Assembly: GCA_963695345.1 (NCBI GenBank)
Contig: OY968769.1
Coordinates: forward strand, 1,312,001 to 1,376,000
Source: an uncultured Methanomassiliicoccales archaeon
Lineage (GTDB): Archaea; Thermoplasmatota; Thermoplasmata; Methanomassiliicoccales; UBA472
Reading direction: 5' to 3'
DNA length: 64,000 nt
A model generated the notes under the pieces. It was not told where the DNA came from. It ran no database searches and was given only the letters and a program-made list of their open reading frames with translations. Positions within the stretch are counted from its first letter, which is position 1; each line of letters starts with the position of its first letter. Positions 1-8,838 of this stretch are shown here, piece by piece. The position numbers and the translations under genes are program-made.

Positions 1-523
1 TTGGCTCTGACAGGTACTCCGGGAACAGGCAAGTCCACCATCGCCAATATTCTGGCGTCCAGAGGGCTCAAGGTCATTGAGCTTGGGGACCTGGCCAAAG
101 AAAAGAAATTGTTGGAGAGGTTCGATCGAAGGCGCGGCACCCATGAGGTGGACGTCAGGAAACTGGACCTGGCAGTGGATCAGACAGACACCACTGGGAC
201 GACGATATTGGTGGGGCACCTGTCACATCTCATCTCTTCGGACATGATAATCGTCCTGCGATGCCGCCCGTCGGTGCTTGGCCGAGCGGCTAAGGTCCCG
301 CGGCTATCCGGAGAAGAAGATGGCGGAGAACGCAGAAGCCGAGGCCTTGGACGTCATTCTGGTGGAGTCCGTGGAGACTGGCCGGGAGGTATACGAGATC
401 GATACCACCGCCATTTCGGCGGAAGCGGCGGCTGACGCCGTCGTCATGATACTGGCCGGAGAAAAGGAGAAGTACGCCATCGGAAATATCGACTGGAGCG
501 AGGAGGCATTGAACTGGTCCTAG
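1..523 (+). CDS. Adenylate kinase, AK6/Fap7-type NMP kinase; probably 5'-truncated, one apparent frameshift near 278-281
   Basis: Walker A GTPGTGKST, then VGHLSHL and VLRCRP in ORF 1..435. The family C-terminus (LAERLRSRGY..K..EN.EAEALDVIL.E) continues in ORF 278..523. Confidence 0.85.
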
Positions 524-1154
524 ATTCTAAGCGCGGCAAGGTGGAATTCATTCTCACCCCGATAGCGAAATCGCTGACCCGGTTCTCACCCAACTTCATC
601 TCCGGGATGTCCCTCGTCGTAGCGATCTTCGCGGCGCTGGCCACTTTCTACAGTCCGGAGCATTGGCAGATCCTGCTGCCAATGGTCACGGTCCTCGTCC
701 TGGTTTCCGGGCTGTTCGATGCCCTCGACGGCAAGGTGGCCCGGCTAACCGGCAAGACCTCGAAGCGGGGGGATTTCCTGGACCATGTCCTTGACCGTTA
801 CGCGGACGTGCTGATGATCGGGGCCGTGGCCGTCAGTGCCTGGTGCAATCCCTATCTGGGGATGGCGGCGATAATCGGAGTCCTGCTCACCAGTTACATG
901 GGGACCCAAGCCCAGGCGGTAGGCGCGGGGAGGAGATACTCTGGCCTCCTGGGCCGGGCGGACCGGATAGTACTGTCTCTGACATCCCCCTGGTGCAGTT
1001 GGTGATCATGTCGTGAACGGGGATGGATGGCTGACGTTCGGGTCCATACGCCTGTCCGCCTTCGAGACTGATGATGCTGTGGTTCGCGGTGGTCGGTAAC
1101 CTTACCGCCATCCAGCGGGCCTGGGGCACCTGGAAGGAACTAGAGGGAAAATGA
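514..1154 (+). CDS. pgsA: CDP-alcohol phosphatidyltransferase (archaetidylinositol-phosphate/PgsA-like); apparent frameshifts near 985-1035
   Basis: CDP-OH transferase motif DALDGKVAR...GDFLDHVLDRYAD. The typical C-terminus (LMMLWFAVVGNLTAIQR...) lies in another frame and ends at TGA 1152-1154. Start inferred at CTG 514 behind AGGAGG. Confidence 0.85.
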
Positions 1155-2238
1155 TCATTTCTTGGGCGCTTCTTCCTTCCCCTTCTCAGGCGGTTTCACC
1201 TCGGTCTTGCTCCTCTTCATGTCGATGGTCTTGAACCGGTAATAGTTAAGCGGGTGCCGGATCTTTCCTGAGCGGCACATCGCGTCCTGATCGACGCAGA
1301 TGCCGTTGGTCCTCATGGTGGAGCATTCCGGGCAGGAATACTTCTTGCCCATGCCGTCCCCGGTTATGTGCCTGACCTGGTATTCGGTCATCTTGTTGTC
1401 GAAGTCCGGTGACGTATAGAAGGTCCTGATGATCTGGTCGGTCGGCATGCCGATATAGTTCAGGAATGTGACCATGGCGAAACGCCCGGCGTGGGGCATG
1501 TTCTTGCCTGCCTGGGCCTGCGATACCAGCGCCTTCATGCAAGGAGGGAAGTTCACGATCCGCACCTCCCCGAACTCGTTCCCCTTGTACTTGCTGCGTA
1601 TCTCCTCGACCTGGGCGGAGACCTCGCCCACCTCTTCTCTGAAAGCCTCTATGATGGCCTCGGTCACGGGCAGCGGCAGCTCGTGCTCGATCTTTTCATC
1701 CAGGGCCTGCTCCAGAACCCTGGAGAACTTGACCTTGGACAGGGAGATGTAACCCTTCTTGACCTCTTGGTTCACCAGTTTCCATTCCTTACCGCGGATG
1801 CCGGAAGTGTACCTCAGGAAATCGCAGAAATGCATCGACGGCAGCTCGCCATCAAGTTGTGCACGAAACCCCCAGATCGGCGGCCACCTCCATCTGCAGG
1901 TACACATCCTCGGTGTGAAAGCCTCTCGGCCAAGGTCTTGGCCTCGCCCATGGCGTATCGTCCTGATCAGGAAATCATCGCCCACGCTGGAGACGATCAT
2001 CCTTGCCACCGGATAGGAGAGGAGCTCGGCCAGGAACATCTTCCTCCGTGCTCGGTCGAGTTGGTCTGGATCTTTGTGTCGTTCAACGCGTCCAAGACCC
2101 GTCTTCCGACCCCTTCTCCTCGCCTCCGGATACGCAGCTTTGGCTCATCAGGTCCTCCAGGGAGACCCTCATGCTCCTGACGAATCTCAGAAGCCCCCTT
2201 GACAAAAGGGTATCGGGCCAAGGAACTTCGTCATCCAT
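1155..2238 (-). CDS. priL: DNA primase large subunit PriL; several apparent frameshifts in the 5' half
   Basis: N-terminal ARYPF motif, WKLVNQEVKKGY, FPPCMK, H.GRF..VTFL, and the Fe-S domain YSCPEC...GIC...C...HPL.YY. Confidence 0.9.
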
Positions 2239-2305
2239 CGGGTGATTGTGAGCGGCATCCCGATATTTATGGGCATTCCGTCAATGCAGCCGAACGGTCG
2301 TGCTG

Positions 2306-3922
2306 TCAAACTGAGAAGTCCAACATCTCCGCCAGGGTCTCCCCCACCGAGCGATCGTCCATCGAAGCGATGAATTCCTCCTTGGACCGGTAGGGACGAT
2401 GGACGAGGATGTTCGCCGCCCGCTTCTTGCCGACGAAGGGGAGCGAGGCTATCGCCGCGAGCGAACATTTGTTGATCCGGAGCGGGTGCTCCACGGCCGT
2501 CAGGCTCCGGTAGCCGTGACCGCTCACCACCGCGTCGACGAACTTGCCCAGTTCGATAGGATAGGAAAAACCCACCAGCAGAGGATAGGTACCGATCTGG
2601 CGGCCGAAGGTGGTCTTACCCTCGTTCATCTCGGTGTACACCCGGCGAAGGACGGTCCCCAGCGGCGCGACCCGTTCCAGCATCGGCCGGTCAATGGTCT
2701 CCCGGACCTTCTGCTTGAATTTGACGAACTCGGAATGGGAAACGCCCTGGTCGAAGGCCCGCCGGATGCCGATGACCTGCCGGATGTTGATGCGGCGGAC
2801 CAGGAGGCCCCTTCCAAGCACGGAGCTGAGGAAATCATAGTCCAACTGCAGGGTCTTCTTCGTCTCACCGTCCAGACCGATGATGAAGTTCAGACCCGGC
2901 AGCACCGCGGGTAGGCCAGTCGGTCCACGTTCCCGGCCGATCTGATTGATCAGCTCGATAGCCTGCATCACCTGATCCGCTGAGGCGTTCAGGTTGTTCG
3001 CGGAAACGACCGCCGGATCGGCGCTCTCCATGCCCAATGCCAGGACGTTTCCGCTCGTACAGTGGCGCACTATGCTTCGGAGTATCTGCCCCGACTCTTC
3101 CGGATGCGCCGCGATGACGGCGGGATTGGCATTGTCCAGGTGGAGCAGGTCCACCCCGAGCGAGGCCACTCCGGACAACAGTTCTTCGATCGCTTCCGGA
3201 TCTGGCCGGGGGGTCTCCGTCCCGTCTAGATGCGCGTGATATGAAATGAAGCAGGTTTGCGCCCCAAGGCGGAAATTGCGTACCCCCAGGTCATGCAGTC
3301 TCTTGCATTCGGCTACGATGTCCTGCGGTTCCCGGCAGACCGGGACGCCTTTTAGCGGTTCCACGCAGAAGGAGCAGCCACCGCTCTTGTATCTCACACA
3401 CCCGCGATAGGTCTCGATCTCGGCAACCAACGGCTGGGGGAAATCCCGATGTTTGGTGACGATGTCCGCCCCTATCATGAGCCACCGGTTCCACTCCTCG
3501 ACCGTTCTCCATCGATTTGTTGGGACGCCGCCATCGATAAAGTCGAACAGGCAGCTCGCGGGGTCACGCGTGGCGATGATGTCGAAAAGACCGGAGGTCT
3601 CGATGTCCTTCTCCATCGTCAGAGGCCCTCCGAGGATCTTGATGCCGCCCATCAAAGGCAGGAATCTCTCGACCTCCCGCCTTGATGCCGGGGAAGCCCT
3701 GATGTACCTGCCGGGGACGGCGCTCCCCGTAAGGAAGATCACGACATCTGCCTTCTCTGCAAGCCTTCCTTGCCGCAGATCATCGATGGTGCGGTAGCTG
3801 GCTTCCGCACCGGCGTCCTTCGCCGCACCATAGGCTGCCCTTACCAGCGGATGGATATAGGGAGGTACTCCAAGTGATCCCGGCTCATCGATGTATCCAT
3901 CGATCACTGCGACAAGCGTCAT
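2306..3922 (-). CDS. Radical SAM enzyme with TRAM-like and C-terminal helix-hairpin-helix domains (COG1031-like)
   Basis: IDGY.DEP..LGVPPY N-terminus, RGCVRYKSGGCSFC cluster motif, GRQIGTYPLLVG, and HhH LPFVGKKRA. ATG at 3922. Confidence 0.8.
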   Translation of the reverse strand: MTLVAVIDGYIDEPGSLGVPPYIHPLVRAAYGAAKDAGAEASYRTIDDLRQGRLAEKADVVIFLTGSAVPGRYIRASPASRREVERFLPLMGGIKILGGPLTMEKDIETSGLFDIIATRDPASCLFDFIDGGVPTNRWRTVEEWNRWLMIGADIVTKHRDFPQPLVAEIETYRGCVRYKSGGCSFCVEPLKGVPVCREPQDIVAECKRLHDLGVRNFRLGAQTCFISYHAHLDGTETPRPDPEAIEELLSGVASLGVDLLHLDNANPAVIAAHPEESGQILRSIVRHCTSGNVLALGMESADPAVVSANNLNASADQVMQAIELINQIGRERGPTGLPAVLPGLNFIIGLDGETKKTLQLDYDFLSSVLGRGLLVRRINIRQVIGIRRAFDQGVSHSEFVKFKQKVRETIDRPMLERVAPLGTVLRRVYTEMNEGKTTFGRQIGTYPLLVGFSYPIELGKFVDAVVSGHGYRSLTAVEHPLRINKCSLAAIASLPFVGKKRAANILVHRPYRSKEEFIASMDDRSVGETLAEMLDFSV

Positions 3923-4025
3923 GCTAGAGCGGCACTCCAAAATAAATAAAATAAGCCTGCTGCCCTTGCAGCCAGGCGGTCTAGGTATGCAACGATAATA
4001 TTCAAAGTCGTTTCTTGGGTCAGCC

Positions 4026-4292
4026 TCAGATGAGGCCGACCTCCACCGTCTCAACGTTCTGGATGCCTTCTACTGAGCGGTAGACTTCTTCCAGCTTCTC
4101 GATCAAGCCCCCGGAGTCCAGCATGATCGTGGTTACTTCGAGCATGCTCAATCCAAAGGCGAGCGGCTTGACCTCGGACCGGACGACCTTGACGCCTTCT
4201 GGGACGATGGTCGGGATCTTCTTCGAGAGCCCCTCTAGGTCGTAGTCGGTTGAATCTGGCATTAGGTGATGAACGGCGGCGACCTGTCCCAT
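4026..4292 (-). CDS. ef1b: Elongation factor 1-beta
   Basis: MGQVAAVHHLMPDS...EVKPLAFGL..LEV...VE.VE, 88 aa, downstream of the small Zn-finger gene as in other archaea. Confidence 0.92.
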   Translation of the reverse strand: MGQVAAVHHLMPDSTDYDLEGLSKKIPTIVPEGVKVVRSEVKPLAFGLSMLEVTTIMLDSGGLIEKLEEVYRSVEGIQNVETVEVGLI

Positions 4293-4303
4293 TGTGAACA
4301 CCC

Positions 4304-4471
4304 TTAAGGTCCGGTGAACCCGCACTTGTCACACTTGTACTTAACACTCTGGTCGCGGCAGTTGGAGCATCTCCCGATCTCGGTGACACCGCACTGGGGG
4401 CACTTGAAGAAGGTGATACCCTTTCCGACCAATCTCTTGCCGCATGAACTGCAGACTTTCTCATTCTCCAT
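4304..4471 (-). CDS. Small Zn-ribbon protein (DUF1610/HVO_2753-like), 55 aa; not in the ORF track
   Basis: [11 protein letters not shown]...[25 protein letters not shown]: four CxxC pairs, with the conserved position upstream of ef1b. Confidence 0.9.
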   Translation of the reverse strand: MENEKVCSSCGKRLVGKGITFFKCPQCGVTEIGRCSNCRDQSVKYKCDKCGFTGP

Positions 4472-4655
4472 AGCAATCGCTCGTGCGAGATTAGACTTCT
4501 TGTATAAATATATAAGGGGGTTCCGAAGACCGCAAATAATCCTTTAGAACATCGCAAACAAATATGTTCTCATCTGAGATTACGGAAATGATAGTATATC
4601 GATACATGACAGGTTGATGACCTCTCCAATAATCTCCGTGTCCTTGAGTTGAAGA

Positions 4656-4668
4656 GAAAGATTAAATA
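4656..4668 (+). promoter_or_regulatory. Putative BRE/TATA promoter of tRNA-Lys
   Basis: GAAAG-ATTAAATA about 45 nt upstream of the tRNA 5' end. Confidence 0.55.
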
Positions 4669-4713
4669 ACGGCACCGGATTCTCTCGGCTCTGCACGCCG
4701 GCATACCTACCAA

Positions 4714-4846
4714 GGGCCTGTAGCTCAGCTAGGTAGGACGTTTGGTCACAAGCGTCCCTAGAAAGAGCAGCTGGCTTTTAACCAGCTGGCCAAGGGTTCG
4801 AATCATCCACGGTAACTCCGTGATGTCGAAAATCCCTTCAGGCCCG
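4714..4846 (+). tRNA. tRNA-Lys(UUU) with two non-canonical introns (D-loop about 4735-4763, T-loop about 4803-4832)
   Basis: Acceptor GGGCCTG/CAGGCCC, D stem GCTC/GAGC, anticodon arm GCTGG-CTTTTAA-CCAGC (TTT at 4777-4779), T stem AAGGG/CCCTT. Removing both inserts gives a normal cloverleaf. Confidence 0.92.
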
Positions 4847-4978
4847 CTTGCGTAGGCAAAGAAACGACATGGGAGATCGAAAAGTGAACATCCGTTTCGA
4901 GAGATTCCGATGCATTTTTATAAGGCCGCTACTTAGTATGAAAGAAGGTCCGGGCTTAATTTCGTCGAGGTGATAGCT

Positions 4979-5242
4979 ATGGTCGACACTGTACAGTTTA
5001 ACGTCTTAGAGCACGACCTCGTGCCAGAGCATTATTTGTTATCGGACGAGGATACGAAGAAGGTACTGGCCTCTTTGAGGATCCAGAAAGACCAGTTGCC
5101 AAAGATCCGAAAGGGCGACGCCTGCATCAGGCTTCTGGAGAACATTGAAGGCCCTATCACCGAGGGTAGAGTGGTCAAGATTGTGCGCCGGAGCGCGACC
5201 GCTGAGACCACCGTTGCCTATCGCTTAGTTGTCAGAGGGTGA
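4979..5242 (+). CDS. rpoH: RNA polymerase subunit H (Rpo5)
   Basis: HDLVPEH.LL...QLPKI...[11 protein letters not shown]....YRLV. SD GAGGTGA precedes ATG 4979. Confidence 0.95.
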   Translation: MVDTVQFNVLEHDLVPEHYLLSDEDTKKVLASLRIQKDQLPKIRKGDACIRLLENIEGPITEGRVVKIVRRSATAETTVAYRLVVRG

Positions 5243-8200
5243 ATTCGTTGCGTGACCTAGTCGAACTCTATTTCAAAGAAAGAAGCATAGTGAATCATCA
5301 CATCTCCAGCTTTGACGACTTCTTGTCGACGTTGGACAATCCGAACAGCAGGATGCAGAAGATCGTCGACAACCTGCGTGTTTCCGCCGAGGACCTGGAC
5401 AGAGGGTTCATAAGGCTCGACCCGGACAAGACCGACGGCCGGATCGTGGAGATCCGCGTCGGTAGGAAGCGGGACGAGAAGACCGGGAACATCGACAACC
5501 AGTCGCGCCCGACCATACATGTCGGATTGCCGGTCGTCCGTGAGGCGAACGGTTACGTCCATGATCTCACCCCCATGGAGGCCAGACTAAGGAACCTGAA
5601 CTATCTGGCCCCCGTTTATCTGGATTTCACCGTCGTCGAGGACGGGATAGAGAAGGAACCGGAAAGGGTCCACATCGGTGACCTGCCGGTCATGGTCAAG
5701 TCGAAGAAATGCACCCTCTACAAGGAGAACATGGAGCAGGAGAGGGAGATCAACGACCATGAGTATAGCCAACGCCTGATGAAGGCCGGCGAGGACCCGA
5801 TGGACCCGGGCGGATACTTCATCATCGGCGGAACGGAGAGGGTATTGATCACCCTCGAGGACCTGGCCCCGAACAGGGTCATGGTCGAGTACAACGAGCG
5901 GTATGGCACCAAGCTCGAGGTCGCCAAGGTGTTCTCGCAGAGGGAAGGCCACCGGGCGCTCACCCTGGTCGAGAAGAAGCGGGACGGCATGCTCATGGTC
6001 ACGGTACCAGCAGCCTCCGGACAGATCCCGCTGGTCGCCCTGATGAAGGCGCTAGGAATGAAGACGGACGAGGAGATATTCGAAGCCGTCGCGTCCATGC
6101 CTGAGATGCATAACATCGTTTACGCTAACATCGAGGAATGCCAGGACAAGAAGCTGTTCCCGCCGAACGGAATTTTCACCCCGGACGACGCGAACCTGTA
6201 CCTGGAACGCAAGTTCGCCACCGGTCAGGCGAAGGAATACCGTCTGAAGAAGGTCGAGTCGATCATCGACCGGTCCCTGCTGCCCCACTTGGGCGATACC
6301 AAGGACGACCGGATGAAGAAGGCCATCTTCCTCGGAAGGATCGCCAGGTCCGTGCTCGAACTCTATCTGGAGAAGCGCGGTGAGGACGACAAGGACCACT
6401 ACGCCAACAAGAGGCTGAAGCTGTCCGGTGACCTCATGGAGGACCTGTTCCGGGTGGCGTTCACCAACCTCATGAAGGACCTGAAGTACCAGCTGGAACG
6501 CTCGTATGCCAGGAAGAAGGACCTGAGGATCGCCAGCGCGATCCGTCCGGACCTGCTGACGCACCGTTTGCTGCACGCTCTGGCCACCGGCAACTGGGTC
6601 GGCGGAAGGGCAGGCGTATCGCAGCTGCTGGACCGCACGTCCAACATGTCCACCGCCTCTCACCTGAGGCGCGTTACCTCTTCGCTTACCCGGTCCCAGC
6701 CTCACTTCGAGGCGCGTGACCTGCACCCGACCCAATGGGGCCGATTGTGCCCCAGCGAGACGCCGGAAGGTCAGAACTGCGGACTGGTGAAGAATGCCGC
6801 GCTGATCATCGATGTCTCGGAAGGCTTCCGCGAGGAGGATGTCGCCTACCTGCTGAAGGACCTCGGGGTCAAGGAGGTCAAGGGGCAGAAGAGCGGCACC
6901 CGCGTCTATGTCAACGGCGATTTGAAAGGTGTCTCGGAGAAGGCCAAAGAGCTCATCGCCGAGATGCGTCACCGCCGGCGCAGCGGTCTGCTCTCCCACG
7001 AGATCAACATCCGCTTCGACCACGAGATGGACGAGGTCATCATCAACTGCGACGAAGGCCGTCTCAGAAGGCCGCTGCTGGTCGTGAACGACGGCAAACT
7101 GGCCCTGACCCGCAAGAACATCGAGGACATCCGCGAGGGCAAGAGCAAGTGGTCCGACCTGATACGCGAGGGCGTTCTGGAATGGATCGATGCCGAGGAA
7201 GAGGAGGACGCCTTCATATGCGTCGACCCCTTCGAGGTACCGGAAAGATGCGACAAGTGCTCCCGTGCCCTGTCCCCCATTGACGTCGACTGGATGAACC
7301 CAGGTACGACCGACAAGCAGGCCAACCTGAAGTGCAAGCACTGCAACCAGATCATATCCGGAAAGCTGCTTATGCAGAAGGACCACACCCACATGGAAGT
7401 GGACCCGATGGTCATTCTCGGTGTCTGCGCCGGCCTGGTCCCGTATCCGGAACACAACTCCTCTCCACGTGTCACCATGGGAGCAGGTATGTCGAAGCAG
7501 TCCCTGGGATTGGCTTCCAGCAACTACCGGAAGAGGCCAGACACCCGCGGGCACGTGATGCACTACCCGCAGAAGCCGATGGTGCAGACCAAGACCATGG
7601 AGTTCGTGGCGTTCAACGAGAGGCCGGCTGGCCAGAACTTTGTCGTCGCGATCCTTTCCTACCACGGCTACAACATGGAAGATGCGCTTATCCTGAACCG
7701 CGCCAGTGTCGAGCGCGGCCTGGGACGTTCCTCGTTCATGAGGACGTACAGGGCGGAAGAGCGCCGCTACCCCGGCGGACAGGAGGACCACTTCGAGATC
7801 CCGCCGCCCGATGTCAGGGGAGCGAGACAGGACCTATCATACAGCAATCTGGGAGAGGACGGGCTGATCAGCCCGGAGACCTCCGTCACCGGCGGCGACG
7901 TGCTGATCGGTAAGACCTCACCGCCGAGGTTCCTGGAAGAGGAGACCGACTTCCTCACGCCCCAGAAGAGGCGCGAGACCTCCATAACCTGCCGTGCGGG
8001 AGAGACTGGATGGGTCGACTCGGTCATGCTGACGGAGTCTGAGAACGGTTCCCGCCTGGTCAAGATCCGCGTCCGTGACGAGAGGATACCGGAACTGGGA
8101 GACAAGTTCGCCTCCAGGCATGGGCAGAAGGGAGTTATCGGACTCATTGCGCCGCCGGAGGACCTGCCGTTCACAACCGACGGCATAATACCGGACCTGG

Positions 8201-8838
8201 TCATCAACCCGCACGCTATCCCGTCCCGTATGACCGTCGCCCACATCCTGGAGATGGTCGGAGGGAAGGTCGGCTCCATGGAGTCGAGGCTCATCGACGG
8301 CACTCCTTTCTCCGGTGAGAGGGAGGACGCTATCCGCGAGTCGCTGGTGCGCAACGGGTTCATGCATTCTGGCAGGGAGGTCATGTATGACGGCCTCACC
8401 GGTCAGATGATCGGTGCGGACATCTTCATCGGGGTCATCTACTACCAGAAACTGCACCACATGGTGTCGGGTAAGATGCACGTCCGGTCAAGGGGACCGG
8501 TCCAGATACTTACCAGGCAACCGACCGAGGGCCGTTCCAGGCAAGGTGGTCTGAGGTTCGGTGAGATGGAAAGGGACTGTCTCATCGGCCACGGAGCCGC
8601 GATGGTCATCAAGGACCGTCTGCTGGACGAGTCCGACGGAACGTTCCAATACGTCTGCGGGAACGGTAACTGCGGCCACATGGCCATGCTCGACCGGCGC
8701 GGCTCGCTGCGGTGCCCGGTGTGCGGAAACAACACCAACGTGCACTTGGTCCAGACCTCATACGCGTTCAAGTTGCTCCTGGATGAGCTGCTGTCGCTTG
8801 GGGTCGCTATGCGTCTTCAACTGGAGGACTTGCGATGA
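5239..8838 (+). CDS. rpoB: RNA polymerase subunit B (Rpo2), unsplit; real start possibly TTG 5248
   Basis: [36 protein letters not shown] and other conserved Rpo2 blocks over 1199 aa. Confidence 0.98.
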   Translation: MNSLRDLVELYFKERSIVNHHISSFDDFLSTLDNPNSRMQKIVDNLRVSAEDLDRGFIRLDPDKTDGRIVEIRVGRKRDEKTGNIDNQSRPTIHVGLPVVREANGYVHDLTPMEARLRNLNYLAPVYLDFTVVEDGIEKEPERVHIGDLPVMVKSKKCTLYKENMEQEREINDHEYSQRLMKAGEDPMDPGGYFIIGGTERVLITLEDLAPNRVMVEYNERYGTKLEVAKVFSQREGHRALTLVEKKRDGMLMVTVPAASGQIPLVALMKALGMKTDEEIFEAVASMPEMHNIVYANIEECQDKKLFPPNGIFTPDDANLYLERKFATGQAKEYRLKKVESIIDRSLLPHLGDTKDDRMKKAIFLGRIARSVLELYLEKRGEDDKDHYANKRLKLSGDLMEDLFRVAFTNLMKDLKYQLERSYARKKDLRIASAIRPDLLTHRLLHALATGNWVGGRAGVSQLLDRTSNMSTASHLRRVTSSLTRSQPHFEARDLHPTQWGRLCPSETPEGQNCGLVKNAALIIDVSEGFREEDVAYLLKDLGVKEVKGQKSGTRVYVNGDLKGVSEKAKELIAEMRHRRRSGLLSHEINIRFDHEMDEVIINCDEGRLRRPLLVVNDGKLALTRKNIEDIREGKSKWSDLIREGVLEWIDAEEEEDAFICVDPFEVPERCDKCSRALSPIDVDWMNPGTTDKQANLKCKHCNQIISGKLLMQKDHTHMEVDPMVILGVCAGLVPYPEHNSSPRVTMGAGMSKQSLGLASSNYRKRPDTRGHVMHYPQKPMVQTKTMEFVAFNERPAGQNFVVAILSYHGYNMEDALILNRASVERGLGRSSFMRTYRAEERRYPGGQEDHFEIPPPDVRGARQDLSYSNLGEDGLISPETSVTGGDVLIGKTSPPRFLEEETDFLTPQKRRETSITCRAGETGWVDSVMLTESENGSRLVKIRVRDERIPELGDKFASRHGQKGVIGLIAPPEDLPFTTDGIIPDLVINPHAIPSRMTVAHILEMVGGKVGSMESRLIDGTPFSGEREDAIRESLVRNGFMHSGREVMYDGLTGQMIGADIFIGVIYYQKLHHMVSGKMHVRSRGPVQILTRQPTEGRSRQGGLRFGEMERDCLIGHGAAMVIKDRLLDESDGTFQYVCGNGNCGHMAMLDRRGSLRCPVCGNNTNVHLVQTSYAFKLLLDELLSLGVAMRLQLEDLR

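Noticed and set aside
6052-7791. Long antisense ORFs (579 aa here, 481 aa at 11522..12967, 442 aa at 46082..47410).
   Set aside because: These are shadow frames of strongly GC3-biased genes, with no motifs.
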